From positions 65,789,932 to 65,853,931 of the forward strand of contig NC_057722.1 of NCBI RefSeq assembly GCF_004010195.1: a DNA stretch of 64,000 nt, read 5' to 3'. The notes below the pieces were generated by a model. It was not told the DNA's origin. It did no database searches and saw only the letters and a program-made list of their open reading frames with translations. Made by a program: the position numbers and the translations under genes. Shown one piece after another: positions 40,775 through 53,487 of the stretch. Numbering within the stretch: the first letter of the stretch is position 1; each line of letters begins with the position of its first letter. Source of the stretch: Chiloscyllium plagiosum (taxonomy: Eukaryota).

Positions 40775-41608
40775 CTGCCAAGGTTTAAGGTTTGAAATGT
40801 CTGGACATGCTTTATTGATAAATGGCCCTTGGCCCTTTTTGCACAGCATTATGTTATGGATAGAATGGGCCACAGCATAAACAGCTCTATATGCATTGTA
40901 GGAAACTCTCAATTGTGATTCATCAGTGAATATGGTACGGACGTCTTTTAAGTTTTCTTGGCCAGTGCACTCTTGTTTTGAAGGCCCCATCCTTGTTTCT
41001 CCTGTGTTGTTGTATGGTGTCCACGTACAATGAAACACAGCTTCCCAAAACTGCTTAATATATACATTGCCTGGGTACTTGGATGGATGGAGCCTGACCA
41101 GGAACTGTTTAATACCGGGAATATCAGCCCTACGAATTGCCCAACCCAACGTCCCACCCAAAGTTTCAGAATTGCCTGCTGTAGAGAGCAGTGCTGCAGT
41201 GCTCCAGCCTTCACTAGCCAACCATTGCAATCCAGTGACATTCTGCCGCACAAGTTCCTCCATCAAGAAGCTCAGATCTATCTCAGGAGCAAAGGCGAGA
41301 ATAACTTTGACGTTCGACGATTTAATGAGCTTGACTTGGTGCAGGATTTTCTCCTTGTCATACACTTTGGGGAGAAAGTCAGAGAAAGCAACACAGACTC
41401 CAACTTTTGTGACTTGTTCCACAAAGGTCGAAATTCCCAAGTGTCCATAATCATCATTGGATCCAAACACTGCCAACCAAGTCCAACCAAAATGTTTCAC
41501 AAGCTGCACAAATGCTGTGACTTGGAAATAATCACTGGGTACAGTTCGGAAAAAGGTTGGGAATTGCTTTTTATTGCTCAAACACGTGCACGAAGAAAAG
41601 TAACTAAC
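40775..41608 (-). CDS. V2R/OlfC gene B, exon 3
   Basis: Acceptor TTGACAG|; VSYFSSCTCLSNKKQFPTFFRTVPSD...NDDYG...WLASEGW...PWQ; donor CAG|GTAAGT; 834 nt open. Confidence 0.96.
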
Positions 41609-42427
41609 CTGTCAAAATATCAAAAAGAGACATTTTAATACAGTACTTTTGTTGTGATTAGGAAGTCTGTCTTTTAAAATGTCTATTCAAGAAGTTGAGG
41701 GATAGATTTTCAATTTACTGCCACAGCTCAAAATTGCATTAAAGATTTGCCACCTCATCCACGCCAGTTTCCACTGGTTTCAGGAGAAAGGAAAATCAAG
41801 TGGGTTTCTGTAATGGGTGCCTGATGCACAATATCAGTTTTATACTCAGGTTGGAAGACGAAATCTCATTATATTATTCCTTGCAGATTAGTTCGCATAC
41901 ACATTCTTAACGTTTGTGAACTTTAAATTTGGCCAAATTTGCAAATCAAGACAATGTTCTCATTTAACAGTCCACTCCTTAGTTTATTGAAGACCACAAT
42001 CAATGCTAAGTAATGAAGATATGAATATTAAAAGAATGCTTTCAGATATTGGCCAGTATGATTGATTACAGTAATTTGTAGACTGTCATCTATGTAAATT
42101 GTACAGTTTTAGCAGTTGTTTCAGGAATTAAGAAATGTATGCTAGTACAAGGACATAATTTACTTTTATTGTTTCAAAATGGAAGTGGGAAGATCTCAGG
42201 TTAGCTACAAAGTAAAGCTTTGACCTAACAATACCTCTATGGCAATTCAAACGAGTCTGATCTGTTTTGTTTCCAGTTGCTGAAAATGAGTGAAATTAGC
42301 AATCGTTGCTAATTTGGACTGTAGGCTGAAACCATGAACTGGAACTAAGAATTGTTAAAAGCAATTTCACATAGAACTCTTAAGAGGGAAGCCATTCATC
42401 CAATTTCTCTGTATGCAGCTTGAATAC

Positions 42428-42560
42428 AGATCAGAGTTTAGATCAGAGTGGTGCTGGAAAATCACAGCAGGTCAGGCAGCATCCGAGGAGCAGGAAAATC
42501 GACGTTTCGGGCAAAAGCCCTTTATCAGGAATATAGGCAGGAAGCCTCCAGGGTGGAGGG
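42428..42560 (-). mobile_element. Penelope-type terminal fragment in gene B intron 2, with no long inverted arm
   Basis: Related to the 17493 and 48455 copies; hammerhead motif at 42497-42532 (minus) with variant core CTGATAA. Confidence 0.75.
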
Positions 42561-42809
42561 ATAAAATCAGATTATTTCAATGCTATTTCATATTGTCCCT
42601 GAACCCATTGCACATAAAGGGCCAAATGTATTTCACAAATATTTTCATCTCTTGGTTTTAAGTATTCATTATTGTGCAGATACCAAAGAACAATGTAGAA
42701 TGCAGAATTGATCTAATTAAATCTTTCTACATTCAATTTCACAGATTTGATGAATGGTTTTCTTTTTTCATGTTCTCTTCCACCACTTGTGAAAATACAG
42801 CTCCAAATT

Positions 42810-43050
42810 AGAAAGAGACCTAAGGGGCAACTTTTTCACGCAGAGGGTGGTACGTGTATGGAATGAGCTGCCATAGGATGTGGTGGAGGCTGGTACAATT
42901 ACAACATTTAAGAGGCATTTGGATGAGTATATGAATAGGAAGGGTTTGGAGGGATATGGGCCGGGTGCTGGCAGGTGGGAATCGATTGGGTCGGCATGGA
43001 TGGTTTGGACCGAAGAGTCTGTTTCCATGCTGTACATCTCTATGACTCTA
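42810..43050 (+). mobile_element. CR1 LINE extreme 3' end (same family at 45108-45238 + and 57648-57925 -)
   Basis: FFTQRVVRVWNELP...GLEGYGP; CTATGACT tail. Confidence 0.85.
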
Positions 43051-43541
43051 TCTATAATATCTCAGCTTGTGACACTTTGATGCGTTCTTTTGAAATGGTG
43101 TATGTGCTGGCTATGAGACTGAATTCCATCCCTCCCAATATCAGATCATGCATCCTGCTAACAAGGCCCATGCTCCATGTCTGAGCAATATTTATTTTTA
43201 TAATCTCATGCTGGAATGATAATTGCAAAACCTTTAGCATTGCTCAAGTGCAGCTTGATTAACATAACTCAAACTAGTGATCAAACTGGATGTTTCTTTG
43301 TTAGTATGGCTCAGAGTGACTTATGGATGTGAAAACAGAAGTCCACGCAAACTTTTATGCCTACTTGACATTAAATTTATCTCCTCCTCAGCTCTATTTA
43401 ACGGTCTTTGCTCCATATTCTTTGAAAGTTCCGATCAACAAAAAAGTACTTGCCTCAACCTTGAAGTACCATTGCTATCCTTGATCTCCATGCTACTGAG
43501 AAAGTTTATAACAGCTTCATGTTAAATATTTTGCAACTTAC

Positions 43542-43833
43542 CATTGGTATTCCAAATATCCCCACTGTTCGGGCGATTGCTATGGATTGTGTTGAGCCAG
43601 CATCAGCAATAAGTGCATGCACTGAAGAACCTCCACGGCATTTCAAAAGTGTAACATTTTCATCTTGACCATTAAGGATTGTCAGGGCTGCTCTAAGAGC
43701 CAACACTGGAGTGGCACAGGAATCGTAAATCTTATACCCCAGAGTGATATTGGGAAGTAGTAATGGGTCATTATTAATTTCTTCAATAGCAAAAATCATC
43801 AACTGAGCCCAGCGAAATGCTCTCAGGTTAAAA
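43542..43833 (-). CDS. V2R/OlfC gene B, exon 2
   Basis: Acceptor CCCACAG|; FRWAQLMIFAIEEINNDPLLLPNITLGYKIYDSC...ADAGSTQS; donor ATG|GTAAGT; 292 nt. Confidence 0.95.
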
Positions 43834-44303
43834 CTGTGGGAAACACAAATGTATGAATCTGAAAAATGCACATAAACAAATGTATTTATGTAGCAGAGTC
43901 TTTCATGTACTATGTATATCAGCAAGACACATACATTTATACAATCACAATTTCCACTCATAAAAAAAACATAACCTATTGGATTGACTACATGTTATCT
44001 GGAGAAAAAACATAAATGTTGCAACTTATTATTTTACTGGTTCATATGTGAATTTCAGTCTATCTGAAATAAATTTAGAATTAGTTTAGAGAAAAATGAA
44101 ATCTACACTCATTGTAAATTATCCACATTGGTAATAGCATCTTCTTCCAACCAGCCTCTCCCACACTCTTAGAATCTCTGACCCCTGTCTTTTTTGTGAA
44201 GCTCTTCCTTTCTCTGTTTTCAGTCAGTTTGGACTATACCATGGCATTTCCTCTCACAGTCCCTTTGAGTTCTCAATAACATATTGAGGAAGACTTCACT
44301 CAC

Positions 44304-44512
44304 TCTATACATGTTGGAGTTTCTGGTAGAATTTGGTAGGAAGTCTTTGGAAGCTCTCCTCGGTAATGAATGGGGAAAACTCCACCAATGATGATGTCTC
44401 CATCTTGTGAAAGCTCTGGCAAGTTAAACCTTCCTTGAAGTGTGCAACTTTGATTGCCTTTGCCGAACATAGAGGCCATTAAAACAAGCAACAGCAAACA
44501 CAACAAATACAT
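44304..44512 (-). CDS. V2R/OlfC receptor gene B, exon 1
   Basis: MYLLCLLLLVL signal peptide; DGDIIIGGVFPIH; donor GA|GTGAGT; 209 nt, phase 2. Confidence 0.93.
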
Positions 44513-44774
44513 TGCAGTTATTGCTGGTGGAGTCCGCTGCTGGTATTTGGCATCAGAGCAAGTTTCTCTTCTTATATTGAATTATTATTGACAAATGAGA
44601 AAGCACGGAAAAACGTAATTAAAGTTAGAGGAATCCCATGTGAACTTCAAGTTTAGCAACCCCTGCAGCCGAATCTGATTACTGTGTTGCTCGGCTCGTT
44701 TAATTTTGCTCAAATAACATTGAGTGTTGGAAAACAATTTCAGGGAACTGTTATGATAAGTAATAATATAAGAC

Positions 44775-45073
44775 TAGATTACTTACAGTGTGGAAACAGT
44801 CCCTTCGGCCCAAAAAGTTCACACCGACCCTTTGAAGGGCAACCCACCCACCTACATTTACCCCTTCACTTAACATTACAGGCAATTTAGCATAGCCAAC
44901 TCACCTAACCTGCACATTTTTTGTGCTGTGGGAGGAAACCGGAGCACCTGGTGGAAACCCACACACAGAGAATGTGTAAACTCCACACATACAGTTGCCT
45001 GAGGCGGGAATTGAACCCAGGTTTCTGGTGCTGTGAGGCAGCAGTGCTAACCACTGTGCCACCATGCTGCCCA
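44775..45073 (-). mobile_element. HE1-type SINE about 260 bp upstream of the gene B start codon
   Basis: A and B boxes on the minus strand; well-preserved body. Confidence 0.85.
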
Positions 45074-45716
45074 CAATAAGGATTGTTCTTCCAATATATC
45101 TAACCTAATAGGAAGGGTTTGGAGGGATGTGGGCCGGATGCTGTCAGGTGGGACTAGATTGGGTTGGGGTATCTAGTTGGCATGGACGGGTTGGACCAAA
45201 AAGTCTATTTCCATGTTGTACATCTCTATGACTCTATGGTAGACATAGAAACACAAATTACTTTGGTAAATAACTCATGCATTTGACATAATTTGCGAAG
45301 TAGGTTTACTTTTTTTGATGATGTCATGTCCTGTTTTCTTCTTTGATGGTAAGTATTAATATGAAGAACCAGGAAGCAGAAATTCAATTTACCTTATTGG
45401 TTGCTAGACAGAAGAGTATTTTCGAGTAGGAAATAATCTGAATCTTCTGAACCAGTTGCTCCCGAAGGTCTGGATCTTTCCTCCTTAATACATAGCTGAA
45501 CACAATGGCAACACCATCACAATATTGATGAATCGTTGTGACCACTAAATAGTGGATAGGTTTTAGGGTGTCTGGAGATGGATTACCTACCTCAGAAATG
45601 TTCTGAACTGTTCTTGTAGCTACAATATTTACATGAGTAGTCCAGTTACGTTTCTGGCCAGTCATCATGATCTTGATGGAAAGTGTGTGTTGGGAGTCAA
45701 CTCCACCTTTTTCAAG

Positions 45717-45835
45717 GGTCTAGATTAGATTGATGCTGGAAAAGCACAGCAGGTCAGGCAGCATCCGCTGAGCAGGAAAATCGACGTTTCAGGCAAAAGC
45801 CCTTCATCCGGTTTCCAGCATCTGCAGTCTTCACT
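45717..45835. mobile_element. Short Penelope-type insertion with short inversion
   Basis: 15-bp TSD TCCACCTTTTTCAAG at 45702-45716 and 45836-45850; decayed hammerhead on the minus strand. Confidence 0.8.
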
Positions 45836-45859
45836 TCCACCTTTTTCAAGCCATTTTAT

Positions 45860-47720
45860 TTTTCTTTTTTTTTGTCATCTTTTGTTGCTTTTCAAAATAT
45901 TCCCAATCATTTGGCTTATCACTAATTTTTGCCACATGGCTATTTTATCTTTTAATTTAATGTTATTGTTAACTTCCGTGGTTCCAAACTGGCATATACT
46001 TTTGTTGAAGGCATGAATGATTTTCTTAAATGTCTGTCAGTGTTCATCAACCCCTTTCCCAGTCCAATCTAGTCAAAATTGCACTCATTACTTTGTAATT
46101 TCCCTTATTTAATTTTAGCACAGTTGTTTCCAACCTAATTTACTTACTCTCAATCTCAGTGTTAAATTCTACCATTTCATGGTTGCTATTTCCTAGGGGA
46201 GATGTTTTACTCTCAGATCTTACATTATACATTACCAGATGCAAAATAGTTTGATCCCTATTTGTATCCATAACATATTGTTCTAGAAAACTGTTCCAAA
46301 TACACTCCATAAATTCTTCTTCATGCCTACTTATGCTAATTCAATTTTCCAAACTATGTGGAAATGGAATTCTTCCTTGACTAATGTACTGTCTTTCATA
46401 CATATCCTAATTATCTATTGATTTATTTTCTGACTGACAGTATAACTGCTGTTAGGGGACCTATAGACTACTCCTGCTAGTGTCGTCTTTTCCTTTTATT
46501 TGATTTATACATATGGATTCTGCATCTAACAAACCAAGATTATTTTTTGTTATTGTGTTATTTAATCTTGTACTAACAAAACTACCCATCACCCTTCTTG
46601 CCTGTCCTTTCAAATATTCACAAATGCTTAAATACTTAGCTCCCAGCTACAGATTGTTTTGTAGCAATGTCTTTGCAATGGATATATGATTATATCCATT
46701 AACAACTATTTGTGCTATTATTCCAGAATGCTTTGTGATTTAAATGAAGTGGCATTAATTTTGATTTTTTAACATTTTTTTCAACCTGTGACCATACTGG
46801 TTCCTAGTTTTTTGTTTGCTAGTTCTGTTCCTTCCTGTCCAACTTTGTATAATTTCCGAAATAGCTGCCTTGCAATGCAACCACATCATGTATGCATCTC
46901 CTCTCCAGAATCCTTTCCTCCCCTTTCTAATTATTAAACACCCCACTGCAACCCTCATTATCTGATTTGCCAGGACACCAGTCCCAGCATGTTTCAAGTA
47001 AAGCTTATTCCATCCCAGTACTGTTACAAATGCTCTATGAACAGAAACCCATTCCTCCCACACCAATATTTCTGTACTGCGTTCTCAGAAGTGGGTTTAC
47101 CTCATTATTTTTGCCAATGGCTCAGTTAGCAAACCTGAGATAATTACTTTGGACATTCTGCCTTTTAACTTAATTTTTGACTGTTCAAATTCTTTCAGCA
47201 GAACCGCCTTTCTAGCCTTGTCAATGCTGTTGATACCAATGTGGATGATGGAAACTGAGACTCTCCCTTCCCACCCCACGCTCCTCTCCAGCTCTGAAGT
47301 GATGTCCTCAATAATGGTGCAAGGGAGGCACACAATCTTCATGACTTACACTCACAGTTACAGAGAACAGTATCTATGCCCTTAATTATACTGTCACCTG
47401 CCACTACTACATTCCTATTTCCTCCCCCAACTTTCCTCTCCCTGCATCACAATCCCATTGTCAGTTCACTCATTCTCTCTGCAGTTCCTGCTCTCATCCA
47501 CAGAGCTTGCAAGAACCTCATAACTGTTGGATAATTGCAGTGGCAGAAGCTCCTTGGATACTACTCCATGGGTTGCTACACCTGCCTCATCTGCAGTTAG
47601 ATTCTCTTGCCCCTGATCATATTTTCTAATCAGAGGTGTGTGAATATTTTAAGCTGCAATTATGTACAGTAATGGTGCTCACTCCAGATGGTGTCCAATA
47701 GCTTCCACATACTGCAGCAG
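45860..47720 (-). mobile_element. Old CR1-clade LINE 5' portion (esterase ORF1 and endonuclease)
   Basis: VCLPCTIIEDITSELERSVGWEG...IIHIGINSID...KVIISGLL esterase remnant and decayed endonuclease motifs. Confidence 0.75.
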
Positions 47721-48454
47721 CAATACCTCACCAATATTATCAAAACTACTGAATTTCATTTAACTCATTAACTCATTATTGTAGTATTGTTGGTTCTTGA
47801 AGAATTAATTGCTCTTTTCACTTATATGAATTTTATACTTAACAAAATATTATTTTAAATAAAATAGAGAAAAAAGGACTAAATGCAAACTAAAGACATT
47901 GCTTTGACTTTAAAAGTTAGAAATACCACACCTATTCACCAACTGGCACTTGCATCATATTGTGGTTCATTATGCCTTGAATATCAGCTTAAATATTGAT
48001 GCTAAAGACCCTGGATTTGGGTTTTTACCTGTAATTTGTTCATTCTGAAGCAATTGCACACCTACTGAGCAACAGATTTTAGTGTTTGATACTCAGGACA
48101 GCAGTCCTAAGGAAGAGCTCTTCAATGTTTCTGGCACATGGCAGGAGGTGGCAGCCATGTTGCAGGACATTATGTCCAAATGTAGTTTCAGTGATGTTGT
48201 ATCCTTCTGCCATTGGTTCTAAGCAATTGTGCTCAAGAAAATGGATTCCATTTGCCATGTGGGCATAAAACCATTATTGTTATTTAGACTGATTGAAATA
48301 GAAATAGAATAGAAATAGGCAAATATGTTTTTCCAATGCTTCTCAATGTATCTGCAGCCTTTGACAAAGTTTATCACAGATCATTCACCTCCAATGTCTC
48401 CCTACTATCACCCATCTGGTTAGGACCACTTTCACTTGGCTCCATCTTTATATG

Positions 48455-48677
48455 GGGAGAAAGTGAGGTCTGCAGATGCTGGAGATCAGAGCTGAAAATG
48501 TGTTGCTGGAAAAGCGCAGCAGGTCAGGCAGCATCCAGGGAACAGGAGAATCGACGTTTCGGGCATAAGCCCTTCTTCAGGAAAGGTTCCTGAAGAAGGG
48601 CTTATGCCCGAAACGTCGATTCTCCTGTTCCCTGAATGCTGCCTGACCTGCTGCGCTTTTCCAGCAACACATTTTCA
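48455..48677. mobile_element. Young fold-back Penelope-type insertion
   Basis: 95-bp inverted arms (48489-48583 and 48587-48681, one mismatch, 3-nt loop); 16-bp direct repeat GCTCCATCTTTATATG at 48439-48454 and 48678-48693. Confidence 0.88.
48587..48621 (+). ncRNA. Minimal hammerhead ribozyme motif (mirror copy at 48549-48583, minus)
   Basis: TTC-CTGAAGA-A-(GGGC ttat GCCC)-GAAA-CG-TC^-GATT. Confidence 0.6.
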
Positions 48678-48849
48678 GCTCCATCTTTATATGTCTAGCC
48701 ACAGCCAGAGAATCACTTGGGTTGCTTTCACTTTCTGTTCCTGCAACTTTACAGTTGGTGTTACCCCAAGATTTGATGATTTGGCCCCTGCTAGGTCCTA
48801 TTTTGATGTTGCGCCTCAGTGACACAACCCAAAACCCATTTTTCTGTTT

Positions 48850-51004
48850 CTCAGCAGCAGCAGCAACAACTCGAAGGACGGAAGTTTGGACCAGGGGCCT
48901 GTCGGAGCAGTGAGTCACTGATTTGAGCTTTTACATTTGACATTAGAGAGGAGAGTTTTCTGGAAAAGGAAGGACTTTTTTTATTTCTGTCCAGCTACAT
49001 AAGTGAGTGTTTTCTAAACCCGAGGCCTTACCTTTGTAGGGCCACCCATCCAACCACCTCCTCTAACTTTAAACACCAGGGACACATCAAGTAAGCTTCT
49101 CTTCTTTTGTACTTTCTGATAAGGGGTCTAGCTGGAATGGCAGTGCAGGGCGAGGAATGTTCCTCCTGCATGATGTTTGATGTGAGGGACAACATTAGTG
49201 TCCCATCCAAGTACATCTGCAGAAGTGCACCCAACTCTCACTCCTCCAAGACCGTGTTAGGGAACTGGATGAACTTCGGATCATTCGGGAAGCAGAGACT
49301 GTGATAGATACAGGGAAGCAGTTACTCCTAGGCACGAAGAAAGATGGGTAACTGTTCGAAGGGGGAGAAAAACAATAAGTGGAGGGATCCCCTGTGGTTG
49401 TTCCCCTGAAAAACATGTATACCGTTTTGGATACTGTTTGGGAGGATGACTTACCAAGGATATGCAGTGGGGTCCAGGTCTCTGGCACAGAGTCTGTCCC
49501 TGTTGCACAGAAGGGAAGGAGGGAAAGGAGGAGAGTGTTAGTCATTGGGGACTCAATAGTTAGAGGGTTAGATAGAAGGTTTGTTGAGAACGATCGAGAC
49601 TCACGGTTGATGTGTTGCCTCCCAGGTGCCAGGGTCCGTGATGTCTCGGATCATGTATTTGGGGTTGTGAAGAGAAAGGGTGACCAGCCCCAAGTTGTGG
49701 TCCATGTAGGTACCAACGGCATAGGAAAAAAGAGGGATAGGGATGTAAGCCAAGATTTCAGGGAGCTAGGGTGGAAGCTGAGAGCGATAACAAACAGAGT
49801 TGTTATCTCTGGTTTGTTACCCATGCCACATGATAGCGACGCAAGGAATAGGGAGAGTTATCAGCTGAACACATGGCTGCAGGGATGGTGTAGGAGGGAG
49901 GGTTTCAGGTACTTGGATGATTGGGGATCATTCTGGGAAATTTGGGACCTCTACAAAAACGACAGTTTTCACTTGAACCGGAGGGGTATTAATATCCTGA
50001 GTGGGAAATGTGCTGGAGCTTTTCAGGTAGGTTTGAACTAGCTCAGCAGGGGCATGGGAAGTTGAGGTGTAGTTCCAGTGCACAGGCGGATGAGAGTAGG
50101 GAGGACATGGACAGAATTTCACAGTCACAGGAATGTGCTGGCAGACAGCAAGCTGGTTTGAAGTGCGTTTACTTCAACGCCAGAAGTATCCGAATAAGGT
50201 AGGTGAGCTTGCAGCATAGATAGGTACCTGGAACTTTGATGTTGTGGCCATTTCGGAGACATGGACTGGAGGCCATACTGGATCTGGTGCTTGGTAATGA
50301 ACCAAGCCAAGTTTTTGATTTAGTGGTAGGTGTGCACTTTGGAGAGAGTGACCATAATTCAGTTACATTTAGTTTAGCGATGGAAAGGAATAGGTACATG
50401 CCACAGGGCAAGAGTTATTGATGGGGCAAGGGCAATTATAATGCGATTAGGCAAAACTTAGGATGCAAAGAATGCGATTGCAAAATGCATGGGATGGGGA
50501 TAATCGAAATGTGGAGCTGCTTTAAGGAACAGATATTGTGTGTCCTTGATAGGAATGTCCCTGTCAGGCAGGGAGGAAATGATAAGGTAAGAGAACAGTG
50601 GTTTATTACAGAAATTGCATCTCTTATCAAGCGGAAGAAGGATGAGACAAGATGGTTCAAGATGAGGTGATGAAGAGTTACAGATTAGCGAGGAAGAATT
50701 TAAAGATAGAGTTAAGAAGAGCAAAGAGAGGACATGAGTAGTCTGTAGCAGGTAGATTAAAGGAGAACCCTAAAGCTTTCTATAGGTATGTGAGGAATAA
50801 AAGGATGAGTCATGTAGAAATAAGGCCAATCAAAGACAGAAGTGGGAAGCTGAGTGTGGACCCTGTGGAGATCGGAGAGGTGCTAAATGAATATTTCTCA
50901 TCAGTTTTCACTCAGGAAAAGGAGAATATTGTAGAGGAGAAGAATGAGATACAAGATATTAGACTAGAAAGGATCGAGGTTAGTTATGAACAGTTGTTAT
51001 CAAT
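48850..51004 (+). mobile_element. CR1-clade LINE 5' part: ORF1 (Cys finger and SGNH/GDSL esterase) and start of ORF2, with most of the endonuclease deleted
   Basis: CSSC..C motif; LVIGDSIVRG, VVVHVGTN, DSFHLN; CVYFNARSIR; GEVLNEYFSSVFT; stops and frameshifts. Confidence 0.92.
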
Positions 51005-51453
51005 TAGACAATAGACAATAGACAATAGGTGCTGGAGTAGGCCATTCAGCCCTTCGAGCCTGCACTGCCATTCAATATAATCATGGCTGATCATTCCTAA
51101 TCAGTATCCTGTTCCTGCCTTATCTCCATAACCCTTGATTCCACTATCTTTGAGAGCTCTATCCAACTCCTTCTTAAATGAATCCAGAGAGTGGGCCTCC
51201 ACTGCCCTCTGGGGCAGATCATTCCACACAGCCACCACTCTCTGGATGAAGAAGTTTCTCCTCATCTCTGTCCTAAATGGTCTACCCCGTATTTTTAAAC
51301 TGTGTCCTCTGGTTCGGCACTCACCCATCAGTGGAAATATGTTTCCTACTGCCAGAGTGTCCAATCCTTTCATAATCTTATACGTCTCAATCAGATCCCC
51401 TCTCAATCTTCGAAACTCAAGGGTATAAAAGCCCAGTCGCTTCAGTCTTTCAG
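51005..51453 (-). mobile_element. CR1 3' fragment nested in the large LINE
   Basis: ERLKRLGFYTLEFRRLRGDLIETYKI; (AGACAAT)3 tail at about 51006-51026. Confidence 0.9.
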
Positions 51454-51984
51454 TGACAGGAGGAAATGACACCATGCGAAAACTCTGGCAGAGAGAGAGA
51501 GAGAGAACTCAAGCATTTTACTGTAGATGGGAGAGATGTATGGCAAGTTCAAAACCCCAACAATGACTGAAAACTAAACTAAAACCCTGGCTCTGTGGAA
51601 GCCTAACTCCACCCATTCATGCTGATTCTATTGTTCCAACTTTTAAAAAAAAGGTCTCAGAAACTGTTTGGTTTATTGGCTTGCTAGAGATTGCTCAGTA
51701 CCTTTGTCTCAATCTCTTTTCATAAAAAACACCAGGCCAGAATAAACCTCTTAAAGCAATCGTCAACAAGTTCTATGTGGTTGATACATCTAAACCTCTT
51801 CCAGAGGTCCCCAGCATCTCAGATGTCATCAGTCAATTCAATTCATTCTGCATGATATGAAGAAATGTTTTGAGGCATTGGATATTGTAAAGGCTATGTA
51901 CCCTGACAACATTATGGTAACAATAATGAAAACCTTTGGTGCAGAATTTATCACACCTCGAGCCATTTAAAAAAAAATCACAGA

Positions 51985-52272
51985 ATGAGGGCCATTGCTG
52001 GCTAGGCTGGCATTTATTGCCTAGAGGACAGTTAAGAGTCAAACATATTGTTGTGGGTCTGGAATCACATGTAGTCCAGACAAGAATGGCAGTTTCCCTC
52101 CCTAAACAACATTGGTGAACAGATGGGTTTTTCCTGATGGCTTTGTCATCATTAGACTCTTAATTCCAATTTTTATTGAATTCAAATTTCACCACCTGCC
52201 ATGGTGAGATTTGAACCCAGTTGAACATTACCTGAGTCTCTGGATTAACAGATAATACCATGAGGCCACTGC
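51985..52272 (-). mobile_element. Old tRNA-derived SINE (related copy at about 12140-12400 +)
   Basis: Minus-strand GGTTCAAATCTC B box; shared body motifs between the two copies. Confidence 0.55.
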
Positions 52273-52274
52273 CT

Positions 52275-53185
52275 TCCCTAAAGTTGCTCCAGTACATCTG
52301 TAACATTGCCGTCCATCCAACAATGTGGAAAATTGTTATGTGTGTCCTGTAAACACAAAGCAAGACAAATCCAATCCAGCCAATTACCACTCTATCAGTC
52401 TACTCTCGATCATCAATAAAGAGATGGAATGTATCATTAGTACTGCTACCTAGCAATAATGTGCCCACTGACACTCTTATTTGGGTTTCACCAATCAGTT
52501 CCTGATCTCATTACAGTCTTGGTTCAAACATGGAAAAAACAGCTTAATTTCATCAGCACTGCATTTGACCAAATGCAGCAAAAAGGAGCCATAGCAAAAC
52601 TGGAGTCAATAGGAATTAGAGAGAAAACTTAAAATTGGTTGGATACAAAGGAAGATGACCATGGTTGGTGAAGGTTTGGCATCTCATGTCCAATACATCA
52701 CTGTAGGGGTTCCTTAGTATTATGTCCTAGGACCAACCATCTTTAGCTGCATCATCAATCACGTTGCCTCCATCATCATATTAATATTAGGGATGTTGAC
52801 GGATGATTACACAATATTTGCCACCATTCACACTGTCCATGTTCAAATACAGTTAGACCTGTATTTGACAGTATCAAATTTTGCCTGGTAAGTAGCAAGA
52901 ACATTTGTGCCAAGCAATGACAAAGAAAAAGAGAATCCAATCACTGCATTTGATGGTATTCCCAATTACTGAGTCCCCACCTCTCAACATCCTGGCCATT
53001 ACTATTGACCAGTAACTGAACGGGATGAGTTTGAGAAATACAGTAGCTATACAGCTGGAAATCCTGACCCAAGTAAGTCATCATTTGACTTCCTAGAACC
53101 TGTCCACTTATAAGGCACAAATCAGGTTTTTGGTGAAACACTCACAACTTGGTTGGATAAATGCAGCTCCAACAATACTCAAGAA
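52275..53185 (+). mobile_element. Ancient degraded CR1/L2-group RT fragment
   Basis: Remnants of KQDKSNPANYHSISLLS and VP..VLGPTIF with many stops; related remnants at 32880-34240. Confidence 0.65.
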
Positions 53186-53187
53186 TC

Positions 53188-53487
53188 AGTTTTCCCACTT
53201 ATCTTAGCTATGTTATACTTTTTCTCTTTTAACTTTATATGTTTCTTTACTTCCCTCGTCAGCCACGGCCGCCCATGCCTCCTCCTGGGATCTTTCTTCC
53301 TTTTAGGAATGAACTGATCCTGCAACTTCTGCATTATACACAGAAATATCTGCCATTGTTCCTCCACGGTCATCCCTGCTAAGGTATTGCACCATTGAAC
53401 TTTGGCCAGCTCCTCCCTCATAGCTCCATAGTTCCCTTTATTCAACAGAAGTACTGTCACTTCTGACTGTACCCTCTCCCTCTCAAA
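53188..53487 (-). mobile_element. CR1 ORF2 fragment (post-endonuclease region) nested in the large LINE
   Basis: Open frame LNKGNYGAMREELAKVQW...PWLTREVKKHIKLKEKKYN. Confidence 0.88.

Noticed and set aside
41030-41638. 202-aa and 127-aa plus-strand ORFs
   Set aside because: Antisense shadows of gene B exon 3; no independent motif or splice evidence
48489-48681. Hairpins as MITEs, miRNA precursors or CRISPR-like repeats
   Set aside because: Arms are asymmetric, TSDs vary from 8 to 16 bp and related copies join PLE coding sequence, which fits retrotransposition rather than cut-and-paste; no repeat-spacer array
48336-48918. Identical peptide ELKMCCWKSAAGQAA in ORFs at 17487, 48336 and 48577, suggesting a small gene family
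   Set aside because: Translations of the Penelope-type hairpin repeat
49379-50041. 220-aa SGNH/GDSL esterase ORF as a host gene
   Set aside because: It is ORF1 of a CR1 LINE, frameshifted from its N-terminus and collinear with ORF2 remnants
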